This document shows positions 1 through 64,000 of a DNA stretch of 64,000 bases, in pieces. The stretch's first letter is position 1. Each line of letters begins with the position of its first letter. This DNA comes from Macrostomum lignano (taxonomy: Eukaryota): positions 1 through 64,000 of the forward strand of contig NIVC01003401.1 of the NCBI GenBank assembly GCA_002269645.1. The letters run 5' to 3'. A program made the position numbers and the translations under genes. The notes under the pieces are model-generated. The model did no database searches, was not told where the DNA came from, and saw only the letters and a list, made by a program, of their open reading frames with translations.

Positions 1-2000
1 CGCACTTCATCGTACGAGACTACTTTCTTCACTGTTATTAATCTACTATCATTTGACTCAAGTTTTCATGCTTGAATTGAATTGAGTTAGAATGATGACA
101 TATTTCATCATTCAAAGAATATACTGTGCAAATGTTTTCCCTCAGTCATATTTTAACTCAGCTACATAAATTAACGTATAAAAACAAGTATAGGCATGCG
201 CATGTGGTCCATACGTCTACCCTGCAAAGTGCACGGACTTCTCACTCCTCTCTGCACTCAGCGTTTTACAGCTGTGTATGAAGCTTCTGGCAATGTACAT
301 GTACAGTGCCCCTGCCTGTCAAGCTGAACAAGTAGAGCTTCTTTAGGCACCCGAACCGACCCCAATTGCTACAGACTCTAGATATTCTGGTCACGGTAAC
401 GTTTTCAACGGGCGGAGGCGCGCCCTGTGACGCTAAAGTCCCTGACAGGATAAACAAATAAACAAGTTGCAAACAATGGCAGAGTCTTTTTTCTAAATTG
501 CAATAGACGTACAAAAGTGTATTTTGTAGCGCTGGCTCAACGAGATTCTCCAGATTTTAGAAATCCTTCCAGCAGGATGTTGGCTTCGACAAGTTAAAAG
601 GACATTCATACTACCATAGTAGTACGGCACAAAACACATTCACTGTAAGTCAGAAAAACACATAGAAAGCAAATGCAATGCAATTACACAGATTCAGAGC
701 AACACAGACAAGGCCGCTGCAAAAAATTCGATAAAATGTGTACAAAAATAGCATGTTTGTTTAAATTAGCTTGTAACAGCGCACAGAAGGCATCGATTTG
801 AAAACCAGCAGTGTACATAAGATTAGCGATAAAACCAAAACAAAAGGCGCAAAATTGATTTTTTCTTCAAAAGTCACCAGTGCAATGTGAAAAAATATTT
901 AAACATAGAGGAAACTATAAACTTTTAGAAACACAAAATCGTAACACGAACCACATCGAATGAGAATTGTATAAATGTTTTAGCATAAAATTTTTACAAA
1001 CGAATCAAATACCTACATACAAAAACAATACATCCATATGTTCACCCGTTGCTATGCAGTTAAACAATCCATATGTTCACCCGTTGCTATGCAGTTAAAC
1101 AATCCATATTTTCACCCGTTGCTATGCAGTTAAACAGTCCATATTTTCACCCGTTGCTATTGCAGTTAAATAATCCATATGTTCACCCGTTGCTATGCAG
1201 TTAAAGAATCCATATTTTCACCCGTTGCTATGCAGTTAAACAGTCCATATTTTCACCCGTTGCTATTGCAGTTAAATAATCCATATGTTCACCCGTTGCT
1301 ATGCAGTTAAAGAATCCATATTTTCACCCGTTGCCATGCAGTTAAACAGTCCATATTTTCACCTGTTGCTATGCAGTTAAACAACCCATATTTTCACCCG
1401 TTGCCATGCAGTTAAACAGTCCATATTTTCACTCGTTGCTATGCAGTTAAACAGTCCATATTTTCACTCGTTGCTATGCAGTTAAACAATCCATATTTTC
1501 ACCCGTTGCTATTGCAGTTAAAGAATCCATATTTTCACTCGTTGCTATGCAGTTAAAGAATCCATATTTTCACCCGTTGCCATGCAGTTAAAGAGTCCAT
1601 ATTTTCACCCGTTGCCATGCAGTTAAAGAGTCCATATTTTCACCCGTTGCCATGCAGTTAAAGAATCCATATTTTCACTCGTTGCTATGCAGTTAAACAA
1701 TCCATATTTTCACCCGTTGCTATTGCAGTTAAAGAATCCATATTTTCACTCGTTGCTATGCAGTTAAACAATCCATATTTTCACCCGTTGCCATGCAGTT
1801 AAACAGTCCATACTTTCACCCGTTGCTATGCAGTTAAACAATCCATATTTTCACTCGTTGCTATGCAGTTAAACAATCCATATTTTCACCCGTTGCTATG
1901 CAGTTAAACAGTCCATATGTTCACCCGTTGCTATGCAGTTAAAGAATCCATATTTTCACCCGTTGCTATGCAGTTAAACAGTCCATATGTTCACCCGTTG

Positions 2001-63573
<61,573 letters not shown>

Positions 63574-63639
63574 CTGTAGGCGGGGTCAAGAAAAGTTTAA
63601 CAATTGTATAATGAGGCCCGTGAATCAGAATGATAGCAA

Positions 63640-64000
63640 TGAGAATCGATATTAGATTGATGAGAATCGAGATTAGATTATGAGAATCGAGATTAGATTG
63701 ATGAGAATCGATATTAGATTGATGAGAATCGAAATAAAATTGATGAGAATCGATATTAGATTGATGAGAATCGAGATAAAATTGATGAGAATCGAGATTA
63801 GATTTATGAGAATCGATACGAGATTGATGAGAATCGATACGAGATTGATGAGAATCGAGATTAGATTGATGAGAATCGATACGAGATTGATGAGAATCAA
63901 TACGAGATTGTTGAGAATCGAGATTAGATTGATGAGAATCGATACGAGATTGATAAGAATCAATACGAGATTGTTGAGAATCGAGATTAGATTGATGAGA
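63640..64000. repeat. 21-bp minisatellite (gattgatgagaatcgagatta), runs off window
   Basis: Direct inspection. Confidence 0.93.

Noticed and set aside
266-514. 82-aa minus-strand ORF downstream of the gene
   Set aside because: No recognisable domain or splice context; could be chance.

Overview
Eukaryotic (metazoan) genomic DNA. Almost the whole window is one minus-strand, multi-exon gene for a polycystin-1-family (PKD1-like) protein. I traced 33 exons by hand (2001-63573, about 8.95 kb CDS, about 2,980 aa). Splice phases match across all junctions, and the 5' end lies beyond position 64000. Domain order is PKD repeats - REJ - GAIN/GPS (intact HL|T) - TM1 - PLAT/LH2 - TM2-5 - TOP/polycystin channel - C-terminal tail. 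The last exon needs two compensating 1-nt frameshifts (assembly error or lesion). Introns are either about 75-110 bp or inflated by intron-specific mini/microsatellites (about 40 arrays, the largest a 7.5-kb 23-bp array). Other intronic cargo: a decayed, internally deleted THAP/P-element-type transposon, a tRNA-derived SINE, a probable LINE RT relic and an antisense C-type-lectin-like fragment. The style resembles the flatworm Macrostomum (inference only). Most ORFs in the supplied track are repeat artefacts. There is no CRISPR array, rRNA or intact tRNA. The most interesting structure is at the repeat level: inverted microsatellites that could pair competitively around two exons, related repeat cores reappearing in different introns, and an orientation bias of the repeats.
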